From contig CAWFFN010000009.1 in NCBI GenBank assembly GCA_963815115.1, positions 1,760,001-1,824,000 of the forward strand: DNA of 64,000 nt. The letters are read 5' to 3'. The position numbers were made by a program, and so were the translations under genes. Positions 39,054 through 48,266 of this stretch are shown one piece after another. Numbering within the stretch: position 1 is the stretch's first letter; each line of letters starts with the position of its first letter. The DNA comes from an uncultured delta proteobacterium. GTDB taxonomy: Bacteria > Desulfobacterota > Binatia > DP-6. The notes below the pieces were generated by a model that was given only the letters and a program-made list of their open reading frames with translations, was not told the origin of the DNA and searched no databases.

Positions 39054-40269
39054 GCAGGAGCCTGTCTCTCGGCAGCACGGGGGAACGACTCGGCGATGGC
39101 CGGGGACGTTTTTCGAGTGCTGGTCACAGTATCGGGCCTTCCGGCGGCTCCCACGCAGCGGCCGCCGGATCGTCTTCTATGCCGAGAGCAGCCAGGACTG
39201 GCACCACTGGCGAGACCTCATCAGGCATCTGACCATCGAGCTGGGCGAGACGATCTGCTACGTGTCGTCGGACCCGGACGATCCCGGCTTGCACCAGGGG
39301 TCTCCGCGGATCAGCCCGTTCTGCATCGGCCGTGGTCTGTGGCGCATCTGGTTCTTCCAGTGGCTCGACGCGGACGTCCTCGTCACCCAGCTCCTCGACC
39401 TCGACAACCTCGAACTCAAGCGCTCCATCCATCCCGTGCACTATGTCTACGTCTTCCACTCCCTGGTCAGCACGCACATGGCTGATCGCGCAGACTCGTT
39501 CGACCACTACGACACCATCCTCTGCGCCGGACCCCACCAGATGCGCGAGATCCGCAAGCGCGAGGAGCTGCACGATCTGGCACCCAAGCAACTCATCCAG
39601 CACGGCTACGCCAGGCTGGAGGACCTGATGGCCGCCCGGCGGGCGCCCGCGATCGCTGCCGATGCTGGTATGCATGTCCTGGTTGCGCCGTCTTGGGGAG
39701 CGCACACGATTCTGCCGACCTGCGGTCCGGAGCTCACCGGCATCCTGCTGGACGCCGGGTTCCGCGTGACGCTGCGACCACACTTCCAGACCCGCTGGGC
39801 GACCCCCGAGGTCATCGACCGCGTCGCCGACCGGTACCGGGGGCATCCGCGGTTCGCGCTCGTGGAGGAGATGGGCGAGCGTGATTCACTCTTCGACGCG
39901 CACGCCATGGTGACGGATTGGTCGGGCGCCGGACTGGACTTCGGGCTGGGCCTGGAGAAGCCGGTGCTGTTCATCGACGTGCCGCCCAAGGCGCGGAACG
40001 ACTCCTGGCACGAGCTGGGTATCGAGCCGTTCGAGAGGTCCGTGCGCGACAAGATCGGCGCGATCCTGCGACCGGACCGCCTCACCGAGGCGCCCGACCT
40101 CATCCGACGACTCGTCCGCGACCTCTTCCGATTCCGTTGCGAGGTAGGCCCTCTACGCGACGAGGGCGTTTTCAACCTCGGTCACAGCGGGGCGGCGGGC
40201 AGCGAGGCGATCGCCCGCGTGGCGCGCGCGGTCACCGCCAGCGGCGGTGACCGCCCCTGCCGACGCTAG
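39031..40269 (+). CDS. CDP-glycerol glycerophosphotransferase (TagF/TagB-like) family protein
   Basis: YVFHS, GY.RL, VLVAPSWG, LRPH, MVTDWSG...DF.....KPVLF motifs. Confidence 0.8.
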   Translation: MTSAPGIEQEPVSRQHGGTTRRWPGTFFECWSQYRAFRRLPRSGRRIVFYAESSQDWHHWRDLIRHLTIELGETICYVSSDPDDPGLHQGSPRISPFCIGRGLWRIWFFQWLDADVLVTQLLDLDNLELKRSIHPVHYVYVFHSLVSTHMADRADSFDHYDTILCAGPHQMREIRKREELHDLAPKQLIQHGYARLEDLMAARRAPAIAADAGMHVLVAPSWGAHTILPTCGPELTGILLDAGFRVTLRPHFQTRWATPEVIDRVADRYRGHPRFALVEEMGERDSLFDAHAMVTDWSGAGLDFGLGLEKPVLFIDVPPKARNDSWHELGIEPFERSVRDKIGAILRPDRLTEAPDLIRRLVRDLFRFRCEVGPLRDEGVFNLGHSGAAGSEAIARVARAVTASGGDRPCRR

Positions 40270-40278
40270 GCACGGCGG

Positions 40279-42108
40279 GTGACGGACTACGGGACGATGG
40301 ACGTGACGACGACATCGCGCCCGGCCGCCGGGAAGCGCCGCGACCTGCTGCGCTGGCTCGCCTGGTTCACCGCGGCGAACGCAGCGTGTGCAGGCCTGAT
40401 CTGCGCGCGGTATCTCTGGCTGTACGACTGGCCGGACGATGCGATTGGCGTCGGCTATGCGCTGCTGGCCTTCGTCGGCCAGTCGGCGTTGCTGGCGCTC
40501 GTGTGGGTGTTCCTCCCCGCCGCGACGCTAGCCGTCACCTGGCCGAATCGCCGCGCGGTGGTAGCGCTGGCGGTGTCGACGGGGGCGGCGCTGCTCACGT
40601 ACCTGTTCGTGGATGCGAACGTCTTCGCGCAGTATCGCTACCACCTCGATGTCCTGACGGCGGCGCTCTTCGAGAGGTTCACCTGGGTGGCGGTGGGCGT
40701 GCAGCTCCTGATCCTGCTGGTGTTCGAGAGCCTGCTGGCGCGGGGCCTCGGCCGCTCGTCGGCGCGGCGGCTGGTTCCGGTGGCGGTCGGACGCTGGCTG
40801 ATCGCGGGCCTTGTCGCCTGCTGGCTCATGGCCCAGGGCATTCACATGTGGGCGGACGCCGTGGGGTATGTCCCGGTCACGCAATTCACCCGCTACCTGC
40901 CGATCTACTACCCGCTGCAGAGCAAGCGGCGCCTCGTCAGTCTGGGACTGATCGAACCGAAGCTCCTAGCCGAGCAGGCGAACGTGCCGAGCTTGGATAT
41001 CACGCGCGGGATGCTGCGCTATCCGCTGTCACCGCTGTCCTGTCGCGACGACGCGGCGCCGCTCAACCTGATGGTGATCCTGATCGACGCGCTGCGGCCC
41101 GACGCAGTCCACCCGGAGCTGACGCCGGCACTCGTCGACCTGTCACGCGAAAGTCTGGTCTTCCGGAATCACTGGAGCGGAGGCAACTCGTCGCGCATGG
41201 GTATCTTCTCCCTGGCGTACGGTCTGCCGAGCACCTACTGGATGGAGTTCGACGGTGAACAGCGGCCCCCGCTCCTGATGGACGAGCTGCGGGCGCGCCA
41301 CTACGCTTTTGTGCTCGCGAGCGCCCCGGGGTTCGGCAGTCCTGCGGAGCTCGAACGCTCGGTGTTCGCGAGTATTCCCGGCCTCCCGTCGGAGCGCGAG
41401 GGCAATGGAATCCAGCGGAACGCCGCCGTGACGGGCGACTGGCTCGACTGGCTCGGACACGCAGAGCGCCGGGAGCCGTTCTTCGCCTTTCTCTACTACG
41501 ATCCGCCGCTCCAGAACATGGACGGCCGGGGACTCGAGCCCTTGGCGCTCGACGACCGCTATCCGGCGGCGGTCGCCCGGGTCTGGCGGCAATACCGACT
41601 CGCCGCCCGCTTCGTCGATCGTCAGGTCGCGGAGGTGATCGAGTCGTTGCATGCGAGCGGCCTGTGGGATCGCACGGTGGTGGTCGTGACCAGCGACCAC
41701 GGGTTCGAGTTCGACGACAGCGGGCTCGGCTACGTCGGTCACGCGACGGCGTTCACCCCGCATCAGCTTCGTGTGCCGCTCATCGTACACTGGCCGGGCA
41801 AATCTCCGCAGGAGTTCACCCACCGCACGTCCCACCATGACCTGCCCCCGACGCTGCTCGCCGAGCTCTTCGGCTGCACCACCCCGCCGAGCGAGTACAG
41901 CGTCGGGCGCAACCTGTTCGCAGAACAGGATTGGCCTTGGCTGATCGCAGGCAGCTACGCCGCCTATGCCATCGTCACCCCCGACACGACCATGGTGTCT
42001 CAGGGCGGGCTGGTGGAGCTACGCGACTCGCAGTACCGCATGCGTGGTCATCTCGACGCCGGCGTCGTGCGCGATGCGCTGGAGGCGATGAGTCGCTTCT
42101 ACCGATGA
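40279..42108 (+). CDS. YejM/PbgA(LapC)-like inner-membrane protein (DUF3413 plus sulfatase fold)
   Basis: Five N-terminal TMs (LLRWLAWF..AN, D..VF..YR.HL, H.WADA, P.YYPL, YPL.PL); IDALR, NH.SGGN.SR.GIFSL.YGLP..YW, TSDHG.EF, H.DL..TL..EL.GC..P..EYS.G.NLF. Confidence 0.85.
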   Translation: MTDYGTMDVTTTSRPAAGKRRDLLRWLAWFTAANAACAGLICARYLWLYDWPDDAIGVGYALLAFVGQSALLALVWVFLPAATLAVTWPNRRAVVALAVSTGAALLTYLFVDANVFAQYRYHLDVLTAALFERFTWVAVGVQLLILLVFESLLARGLGRSSARRLVPVAVGRWLIAGLVACWLMAQGIHMWADAVGYVPVTQFTRYLPIYYPLQSKRRLVSLGLIEPKLLAEQANVPSLDITRGMLRYPLSPLSCRDDAAPLNLMVILIDALRPDAVHPELTPALVDLSRESLVFRNHWSGGNSSRMGIFSLAYGLPSTYWMEFDGEQRPPLLMDELRARHYAFVLASAPGFGSPAELERSVFASIPGLPSEREGNGIQRNAAVTGDWLDWLGHAERREPFFAFLYYDPPLQNMDGRGLEPLALDDRYPAAVARVWRQYRLAARFVDRQVAEVIESLHASGLWDRTVVVVTSDHGFEFDDSGLGYVGHATAFTPHQLRVPLIVHWPGKSPQEFTHRTSHHDLPPTLLAELFGCTTPPSEYSVGRNLFAEQDWPWLIAGSYAAYAIVTPDTTMVSQGGLVELRDSQYRMRGHLDAGVVRDALEAMSRFYR

Positions 42109-43625
42109 GGCGCGCGCGGGGCCTCGTGGCGATCGTGCTGCTCGCGTGCTGCCGCGGCGACGGCGCGCCGGCCCGGGCCGCTGCGCTCGCGAGCGTGTAT
42201 CGGGAGGTCCGTCTGAATCCGGAGGGTGGGCTGCCCGAGGAGTGGGTGAGCTGCGCCGCCCCGTGCGCGGGAGGCACCGGGCCGCGGATGACGATGCTCG
42301 GCACCGGAGCCGGGGACGGCCGACTACGCTGGGAGGTCCCCGGAGACCTGGCGGCCACCCGGGCGCTGGAGCGCCTCGCGTACGTCGTGCAGACGGGCGG
42401 TGACGGATCCGTCGTCACGCTGACCTCGCGCGCCGCGTTCCAAAGTGTCCGTCTGGTCCACCGCTACGTCCTGTCCGCTGGTGGCGACACGCTCGACGCG
42501 ACGCTGCAGATTCCGCCCGGGGCACGGCTGGTGCTGGAGAGCGGGGCGGCCTTCGTTCCCCAACCCTTGCCGGGATTGGCCAGCATCTACGACGGGGTCG
42601 ACGCGGTGCGCGTCGCAGCGACCGGTCAGGTGCAGCTGACCGGCGGCCCGCGGGGTGCGGGAGGTGTGGTGATCGCGCGCGGGGAATGGGTGGGCGTCCG
42701 GAATCGGTTCTGGGCGCTGCTGCTCCGGCCGGCCGATGATCTGACGGTGGAAGTTCGCAGCGCGATGCCGAACCGGCCACGGCTCGACGTGCAACCCGCT
42801 CCGGCCACGGCCACCTTCCTGCACTTCGTCCTCTATGCCGGGCCCGTCGAACAGCACCGCCTGGTCGCCGTCGATCCCGTGCTCGCCGGCCTGCTGTTGC
42901 CTGCGCTCTGGGACTGGCTGCGCCTGCTCGGCTTCGGCATGGGTCGTCTGCTCGAGGGCTGGCATGACCTGGTGGGGAACTACGGCGTCGCCATCCTGTT
43001 GCTCTCGCTGTCGGTCAAGCTGCTGATGTGGCCGCTCACGAGCGTCGCCGAGCGCTGGCAGGGGGAAGTGAATCGGATACAGAGCGAGCTCGAACCCGAG
43101 CTCACGCTGGTCAGACGGGATTTCCGTGGCGAGGAGGCCCACCGCCGGACCCTCGCCGTGTACCACCGGCACGGCGTGAGCCCGCTCTTTCCGGTCCGCG
43201 GTGTCTTCGGCGTGCTCATCCAGATTCCCGTCTTCATCGCGGCGTTCGACATGCTCGGTGGGGAGTTCGGGCTGAACGGCGCCTCGTTCCTCTGGATCAC
43301 CGACCTGGCTTTGCCGGACCGCTGGGCCGCGCTGCCGGTCACGGTGCCCTTCGCCGGCGGGTATCTGAATCTCCTGCCGTTTCTTATGACGGGCTTCACT
43401 GTGATGTCAGCCCGGGTGCACGCGGAACCGTCGCTCTCGGCCGCGCTACGGGCCGGCCAGCGCCGCCGCCTCTACGCCATGGCGGGGGCGTTCTTCTTCC
43501 TGCTCTACGCTTTCCCGGCCGGGATGGTATTGTATTGGACTTCGAACAACCTCTGGCATTTGCTGAAGGTTCTGAGCTGGCCGCGCGCCCGGATGACCGT
43601 CCGGAGTTGCGACGCGAAATTCTGA
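42105..43625 (+). CDS. YidC/Oxa1-family membrane insertase paralogue
   Basis: WVG..NRFW, LY.GP, GNYG.AI.LL...VK..M.PL, LIQIPVF, A.FLWI.DL..PD, LN.LP.LM, FPAG.VLYW..NN; N-terminal lipobox-like LLAC; ATGA overlap with the upstream gene. Confidence 0.9.
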   Translation: MRRARGLVAIVLLACCRGDGAPARAAALASVYREVRLNPEGGLPEEWVSCAAPCAGGTGPRMTMLGTGAGDGRLRWEVPGDLAATRALERLAYVVQTGGDGSVVTLTSRAAFQSVRLVHRYVLSAGGDTLDATLQIPPGARLVLESGAAFVPQPLPGLASIYDGVDAVRVAATGQVQLTGGPRGAGGVVIARGEWVGVRNRFWALLLRPADDLTVEVRSAMPNRPRLDVQPAPATATFLHFVLYAGPVEQHRLVAVDPVLAGLLLPALWDWLRLLGFGMGRLLEGWHDLVGNYGVAILLLSLSVKLLMWPLTSVAERWQGEVNRIQSELEPELTLVRRDFRGEEAHRRTLAVYHRHGVSPLFPVRGVFGVLIQIPVFIAAFDMLGGEFGLNGASFLWITDLALPDRWAALPVTVPFAGGYLNLLPFLMTGFTVMSARVHAEPSLSAALRAGQRRRLYAMAGAFFFLLYAFPAGMVLYWTSNNLWHLLKVLSWPRARMTVRSCDAKF

Positions 43626-43628
43626 GCG

Positions 43629-43976
43629 ATGGATGGAATCGGTATCCGACCGATGGCGCCTACTGAGATCGACGCGGCGTGCGCGGTGATCGGGCTCGCC
43701 TTTTGCTGACAACCCGAACACCTTGGTGATGGCGGGCGGCAACCGAGCCAAGGCCCAACAGATGATGCAGGCGGCGGTACGAGTCGCCAAGCTCGGCCGG
43801 AAGCACAGCCATGTGGTGGTTGTCGAGGAGGCGGGCAGAATCGTTGGAGTGCTGAACGCCGCCGAGTGGCCGAACTGCCAACTGAGCACGAGCGAGAAGC
43901 TCAAGATCGCGCCGGCAATGATCCGAGCGATGGGCTTCGCCTTGCCAAGGGGATTCAAGATGACGAGCGCGATCGC
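43629..43976 (+). pseudogene. GNAT acetyltransferase N-terminal half, frameshifted and truncated
   Basis: MDGIGIRPMAPTEIDAACAVIGLAF, extra T in CCTTTT, then ADNP...VVEEAGRIVGV; similarity ends at the glyA stop. Confidence 0.6.
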
Positions 43977-45473
43977 TCAGCTCAGCTCGATACCCGGATA
44001 CAACGGATGGCGCGCGAGCAGATCCTTCACGCGCGCGCGGGCCGACTCGAGCACCTTGGGGTCGGTCTCGAAGTTGACCTGCGACGGTGTGCCGTCCTTC
44101 TTGCTCGCGGCCTTGGTCGCGGCCAGCACGGACTGGAGAATGCCGGCGATCTCCTGCATCTCGCTCGCGCCCATGCCGATCGTGGTCATCGCGGGCGTGC
44201 CGAGGCGCATGCCGCTCGTGTACCAGGCGCCGTTCGGATCGTTCGGGATGACGTTGCGGTTGAGCGTCATGTCGGCGGCGCGCACCGCGGCCTCGGCCTG
44301 ACGGCCGTTCAGCCCGAAATTGCGGATGTCGATCAGTACCAGGTGATTCTCGGTGCCGCCGGTGACGACCTTGACGCCCTTGGCGTTGAGCGCTTCGGCA
44401 AGCACGCGCGCGTTGTCGACGACGCGCGCCGCGTACTTGGCGAAGTCGGGCTGCGAGGCTTCCCACAGCGCCACCCCCTTCGCGGCCATCACGTGCGCGA
44501 GCGGCCCGCCGAGCACGAGCGGACAGCCGCGGTCGACGGTCTCGGCGAACTCCTTCTTGCACATCACCAGGCCGCCGCGCGGACCGCGCAGTGTCTTGTG
44601 CGTGGTCGTGGTCACGATGTGCGCGTGCGGCACGGGATCGAAGTCTCCGCTGAACACGCGGCCGGCGACCAGGCCCGCGAAGTGCGCCATGTCGACCATG
44701 AAGGTCGCGCCGATCTCGTCGGCGATCTCGCGGAAGATGCGGAAGTTCACCTTGCGCGGATACGAGCTGTAGCCGGCGACGATCAACAGCGGCTTCTCGT
44801 CGCGCGCGCGCTTGCGCAGCTGGTCGTAGTCGAGCAGGCAGGTTTCGGGGGTCACGCCGTAGCTGCAGCACTTGAACAACTTGCCCGAGACATTGGGGCG
44901 GAAACCGTGCGTGAGATGGCCGCCCGAGTCGAGCGCCATGCCCATCATCTTCTGGTTCCCGAGCTCGCGGCGCAGCGACTCCCAGTCTTCGGCAGACAGC
45001 TCGCCGACGGCCTTCGCCCCGAGCCGCTCGAGCGTGGGGTTCTCGACGCGCGCGGTGAGCACGCTCCAGAACGCGACCAGGTTCGCGTCGATGCCGCTGT
45101 GCGGCTGCACGTAGGCGTGGTCGGCGCTGAACAGGCTCTTCGCCAGCTCGACCGCACGCGACTCGATCGCATCGACGTTGTCGCAGCCGGCGTAGAAGCG
45201 GTGGCCGGGCGCGCCCTCGGCGTACTTGTCGCTGAGCCAGTTGCCCATCGCCAGCAGTACCGACGGTGAGGCGAAGTTCTCGCTCGCGATCAGCTTCAGC
45301 TTGCTGCGCTGATCGCGCAGCTCTTGCATGATCGACTCGGCCACGTCGGGCAGCACGCGTGCGACGCTGTCGATCGCGGCTGCGAACGCCAGCGTGTCGG
45401 ACGAGAGCGAGCCGGGTTTGTAGCCGGGGACCTTCGCCTTCAAATAGTCGTCGAGCAATGAACGTGTCGGCAT
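43977..45473 (-). CDS. glyA: Serine hydroxymethyltransferase, long (~500 aa) type
   Basis: [55 protein letters not shown] (PLP Lys), SG.RLGTPA.TT. Confidence 0.97.
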   Translation of the reverse strand: MPTRSLLDDYLKAKVPGYKPGSLSSDTLAFAAAIDSVARVLPDVAESIMQELRDQRSKLKLIASENFASPSVLLAMGNWLSDKYAEGAPGHRFYAGCDNVDAIESRAVELAKSLFSADHAYVQPHSGIDANLVAFWSVLTARVENPTLERLGAKAVGELSAEDWESLRRELGNQKMMGMALDSGGHLTHGFRPNVSGKLFKCCSYGVTPETCLLDYDQLRKRARDEKPLLIVAGYSSYPRKVNFRIFREIADEIGATFMVDMAHFAGLVAGRVFSGDFDPVPHAHIVTTTTHKTLRGPRGGLVMCKKEFAETVDRGCPLVLGGPLAHVMAAKGVALWEASQPDFAKYAARVVDNARVLAEALNAKGVKVVTGGTENHLVLIDIRNFGLNGRQAEAAVRAADMTLNRNVIPNDPNGAWYTSGMRLGTPAMTTIGMGASEMQEIAGILQSVLAATKAASKKDGTPSQVNFETDPKVLESARARVKDLLARHPLYPGIELS

Positions 45474-45502
45474 GGCGCGCCTCCTAGGTGGGAGTTCCCT
45501 AT

Positions 45503-45602
45503 CGGCCCAGGCGCGCGGCAGTGTGTGCAGCGGATCGAAACCCAGCTGCACGCGCCGCCGCTCCCCGGTGGTTCCCCACCTGATACGCCAGTTACGGCGG
45601 CG
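45503..45602 (-). ncRNA. ZMP/ZTP (pfl) riboswitch upstream of glyA
   Basis: Minus strand reads CGCCGCCGTAACTGGCG-TATCA-GGTGG-GGAA-CCACC-GGGGAGCGGCGGCG...TGCCGCGCGCCTGGGC, with GGCG/CGCC pseudoknot; the folate one-carbon gene context fits. Confidence 0.9.
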
Positions 45603-45724
45603 ATCGGAAACTAGGGGCGAGGCGGCGCGAAGTCAACGCGGCCGTTCACACGTGAGGTAGGCTGCGGGCCGCGCTCGGTGTTGCGGGTGCACGGCGGCCA
45701 CACGGCCGCGGCATGAGGCAGGCC

Positions 45725-45932
45725 ATGAGCGACATCGACGTGGCGATCGTAGGTGCTGGCGTGATCGGGCTGGCATGCGCAGCGCGGCTCGCGCGCGGCG
45801 GGCGTTCGGTGATCGTGATCGAGCGCAATGCGCGTGAAGCCGAAGAGACCTCGACGCGCAACAGCGGGGTGATTCACGCCGGGCTGTATTACGCGCAGGG
45901 TTCGCTCAAGGCGCTCACCTGCGTCGAGGGTT
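45725..45932 (+). pseudogene. N-terminal fragment of an L-2-hydroxyglutarate-oxidase-like FAD enzyme
   Basis: VAIVGAGVIGLA, ETSTRNSGVIHAGLYY..GSLKA..CVEG; similarity then stops. Confidence 0.8.
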
Positions 45933-46130
45933 CGCTGGCCGCCGCGCGTGACTGCGGGGGCCTTCGGGACCCGGAAGACGGGTTCGGGTCGCCTTCGGCG
46001 GAGGCGGGGGCCGTGCGGGCCCTCCGTGCCGCACCCGCACCCCGGCGCTCGGGGGGCGTCGCGGACGGGCGGGTGCGGGGGAGCCCGGCATCACCCACCA
46101 GACCGAGGTGGGTCAGGATGCGGCTGCGAA

Positions 46131-46226
46131 CAGCGCGCGCTGGTTGTCGATCTCGTCGAGCGTGTTCCGGACTTCAAGTCGCGATTCTTCGCATCGGCCT
46201 GGGCACGCTACGCATCCGCCCGGCCG
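46131..46226 (+). pseudogene. AbiEii-type nucleotidyltransferase toxin C-terminal scrap
   Basis: L..RV..FKSRFF.SAWARY..ARP resembles the K..FF...WA.Y..A.P C-terminal motif of AbiEii proteins. Confidence 0.5.
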
Positions 46227-46443
46227 CCGCCGGCATCGGCACGGAAGCCGATCTCGCCCGGGCCAGGCAGGAGAGGAGGCCGCAGCTCCACGGGTCGCCG
46301 TTCACCGATATCAACCCGCGCGGGCCGGAAGGATTGTTCGGTTCGGCCGAGGTCGACCACGACGCTCGGGGCCGGGCGGCCGCCTGAGCGTCGGTGGGTT
46401 TTGCGCCCCCATCGGATCGCGGGTATGCAACTCGCTTGCCTCC

Positions 46444-47319
46444 ATGCTCACCCGCGAGCAGCTCAAGGCCGTCCGCAAGATCCAGATCCGCACCAGCCAC
46501 CTGGTGACCGATCTCTTCGGCGGCCAGTACCAGAGCGTCTTCAAGGGTCGCGGCATCGAGTTCGCCGAGGTGCGGCTGTATCAACCCGGCGACGAGATCC
46601 GCACCATCGACTGGAACGTGACCGCGCGCACCGGCGTGCCGCACGTGAAGCGCTACGCCGAGGAGCGCGAGCTGACGGTCATGCTGCTGGTCGACGCCAG
46701 CGCGAGCACGCTCTTCGGCAGCGTGCGGCTGACCAAGGCGGCGCTGGCAGCCGAGCTCGGTGCGCTCTTCGCCTTCTCGGCGATCACCAACAACGACAAG
46801 GTGGGCCTGGTCGTGTTCAGCGACCGGATCGAGAAGGCGTTGCCGCCGCGCAAGGGGACGCGACACGTGCTGCGCGTCATCCGCGAGGTCCTGTCGCTCC
46901 GGCCGGCCGGCCGCGGCACCGACATCGCCGCCGCGCTCGAACACCTCCGTCACGTGACCAAGCGCCGGGCCGTCGTCTTCCTGGTCTCCGACTTCCTCGA
47001 TCCGGGCTGCCGCAACGCGCTGCGGCTGGCGGCGCGGCGCCACGACCTGATCGCCGTCGTGCTCGACGATCCGCGCGAGGCGACGCTGCCCGACGTGGGC
47101 CTCGTCGAGCTGGAGGAGGCGGAGACGGGCGCGCGCTACGTGCTCGACACCGGCAGCGCGCGGGTGCGCGAGGCGGTCGCGGCCCGGGGTGCGGCGGCGC
47201 GGGCGGAGCGCGATCGCATGCTGCGCGCGTGCGACGTCGACGTCATCGGCGTGTCGACCGACCGGCCGTACATCGAGGCCCTGCTGCGCTTCTTCCGGAT
47301 GCGGGAGCGGCGCCAGTGA
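46444..47319 (+). CDS. DUF58 domain protein (MoxR-associated)
   Basis: G.Y.S.FKGRG.EF.EVR.YQPGD..R.IDWNVTAR, EEREL, VD.SAS, SDF. Confidence 0.95.
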   Translation: MLTREQLKAVRKIQIRTSHLVTDLFGGQYQSVFKGRGIEFAEVRLYQPGDEIRTIDWNVTARTGVPHVKRYAEERELTVMLLVDASASTLFGSVRLTKAALAAELGALFAFSAITNNDKVGLVVFSDRIEKALPPRKGTRHVLRVIREVLSLRPAGRGTDIAAALEHLRHVTKRRAVVFLVSDFLDPGCRNALRLAARRHDLIAVVLDDPREATLPDVGLVELEEAETGARYVLDTGSARVREAVAARGAAARAERDRMLRACDVDVIGVSTDRPYIEALLRFFRMRERRQ

Positions 47320-48266
47320 GGTGGCCGCTGGTGTGCGCGGCGCTGCTCGCCGGCGTGGCGGTGCGCGCGGCCGATCCGCCGCCGGTCTCGGTCCAGGCGC
47401 ACGTGGAGCCCGAGCGGCCGACCATCGGCCAGCGCTTCCGCTACGTGCTCGAGGTGGCCGCGCCGCCCGGCGCGGAGGTCGTCGTGGCGCAGCCGGGCGA
47501 ACACCTCGGCGACTTCGACGTCCTCGATTCCGGCACCGACCCGCCGGTGGAGCGCGATGGTCGGACGGTGACGCCCCGCTGGTGGCGTCTGGTGGGCTGG
47601 AGCCCCGGCGAGCACGCGATCGAGTCACCGGCGGTACGCTCCCGCCAGCCGGGCACCGAGCTGGCCGAGGTGCCGGGCGTGACGACGCCGGTCACGGTGG
47701 CGAGCGTCCTGGGCGACACGAACGAGCAGGCGGACATCCGCGACATCAAGGGCCCGGAGCCGGTGCCGCCCGATCGCCGGCTCTGGTACGCGCTCGGCGC
47801 GCTCGTCGTGCTGCTCGCGCTCCTCGGGCTCGTCATGCGGACGCTGCGCGCCCGCCGCCGCGCCCGGGCGATTCCCGCGCCACCGCCCCGGCCGGCACAC
47901 GAGATCGCCGCCGAGGCGCTGCGCGCGCTACGCGCCCGGCGGCTGCCGGAGCTGGGCGAGTTCAAGGAGTTCTACTCGGCGCTCTCCGGTATCGTGCGGC
48001 GCTACCTGGAGGATCGCTTCGTCGTCCGCGCGCCGGAGATGACGACGGAGGAGTTCCTCGACGCCACGGCGCGCAGCACGGCCCTCGAGCGCGGTCAGCG
48101 GGAGCTGCTCGGCGACTTCCTGGCCGAGTCCGATCTGGTCAAGTTCGCCCGGCACGTGCCGACGCTCTCCGACAGCGAGCGGGTGCTCGGTGCGGCCGAG
48201 CGCTTCGTCGCGGAGACGGCCCCGCGTGAGCCGCTGCCCGCGGAGGAGCAGCGTGCGGCTGGCTGA
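47316..48266 (+). CDS. Bat-operon membrane protein (Ig-like N-domain, DIRDIK, TM)
   Basis: GTGA overlap; DIRDIKGP, FY..LS..VR.YLE.RF...A.EMTT.E, DLVKFAR. Confidence 0.85.
   Translation: MRWPLVCAALLAGVAVRAADPPPVSVQAHVEPERPTIGQRFRYVLEVAAPPGAEVVVAQPGEHLGDFDVLDSGTDPPVERDGRTVTPRWWRLVGWSPGEHAIESPAVRSRQPGTELAEVPGVTTPVTVASVLGDTNEQADIRDIKGPEPVPPDRRLWYALGALVVLLALLGLVMRTLRARRRARAIPAPPPRPAHEIAAEALRALRARRLPELGEFKEFYSALSGIVRRYLEDRFVVRAPEMTTEEFLDATARSTALERGQRELLGDFLAESDLVKFARHVPTLSDSERVLGAAERFVAETAPREPLPAEEQRAAG

Noticed and set aside
45948-48266. 772-aa ORF as a single gene
   Set aside because: Only the part from GTG 47316 is gene-like; upstream it overlaps DUF58 out of frame and includes the AbiEii scrap.
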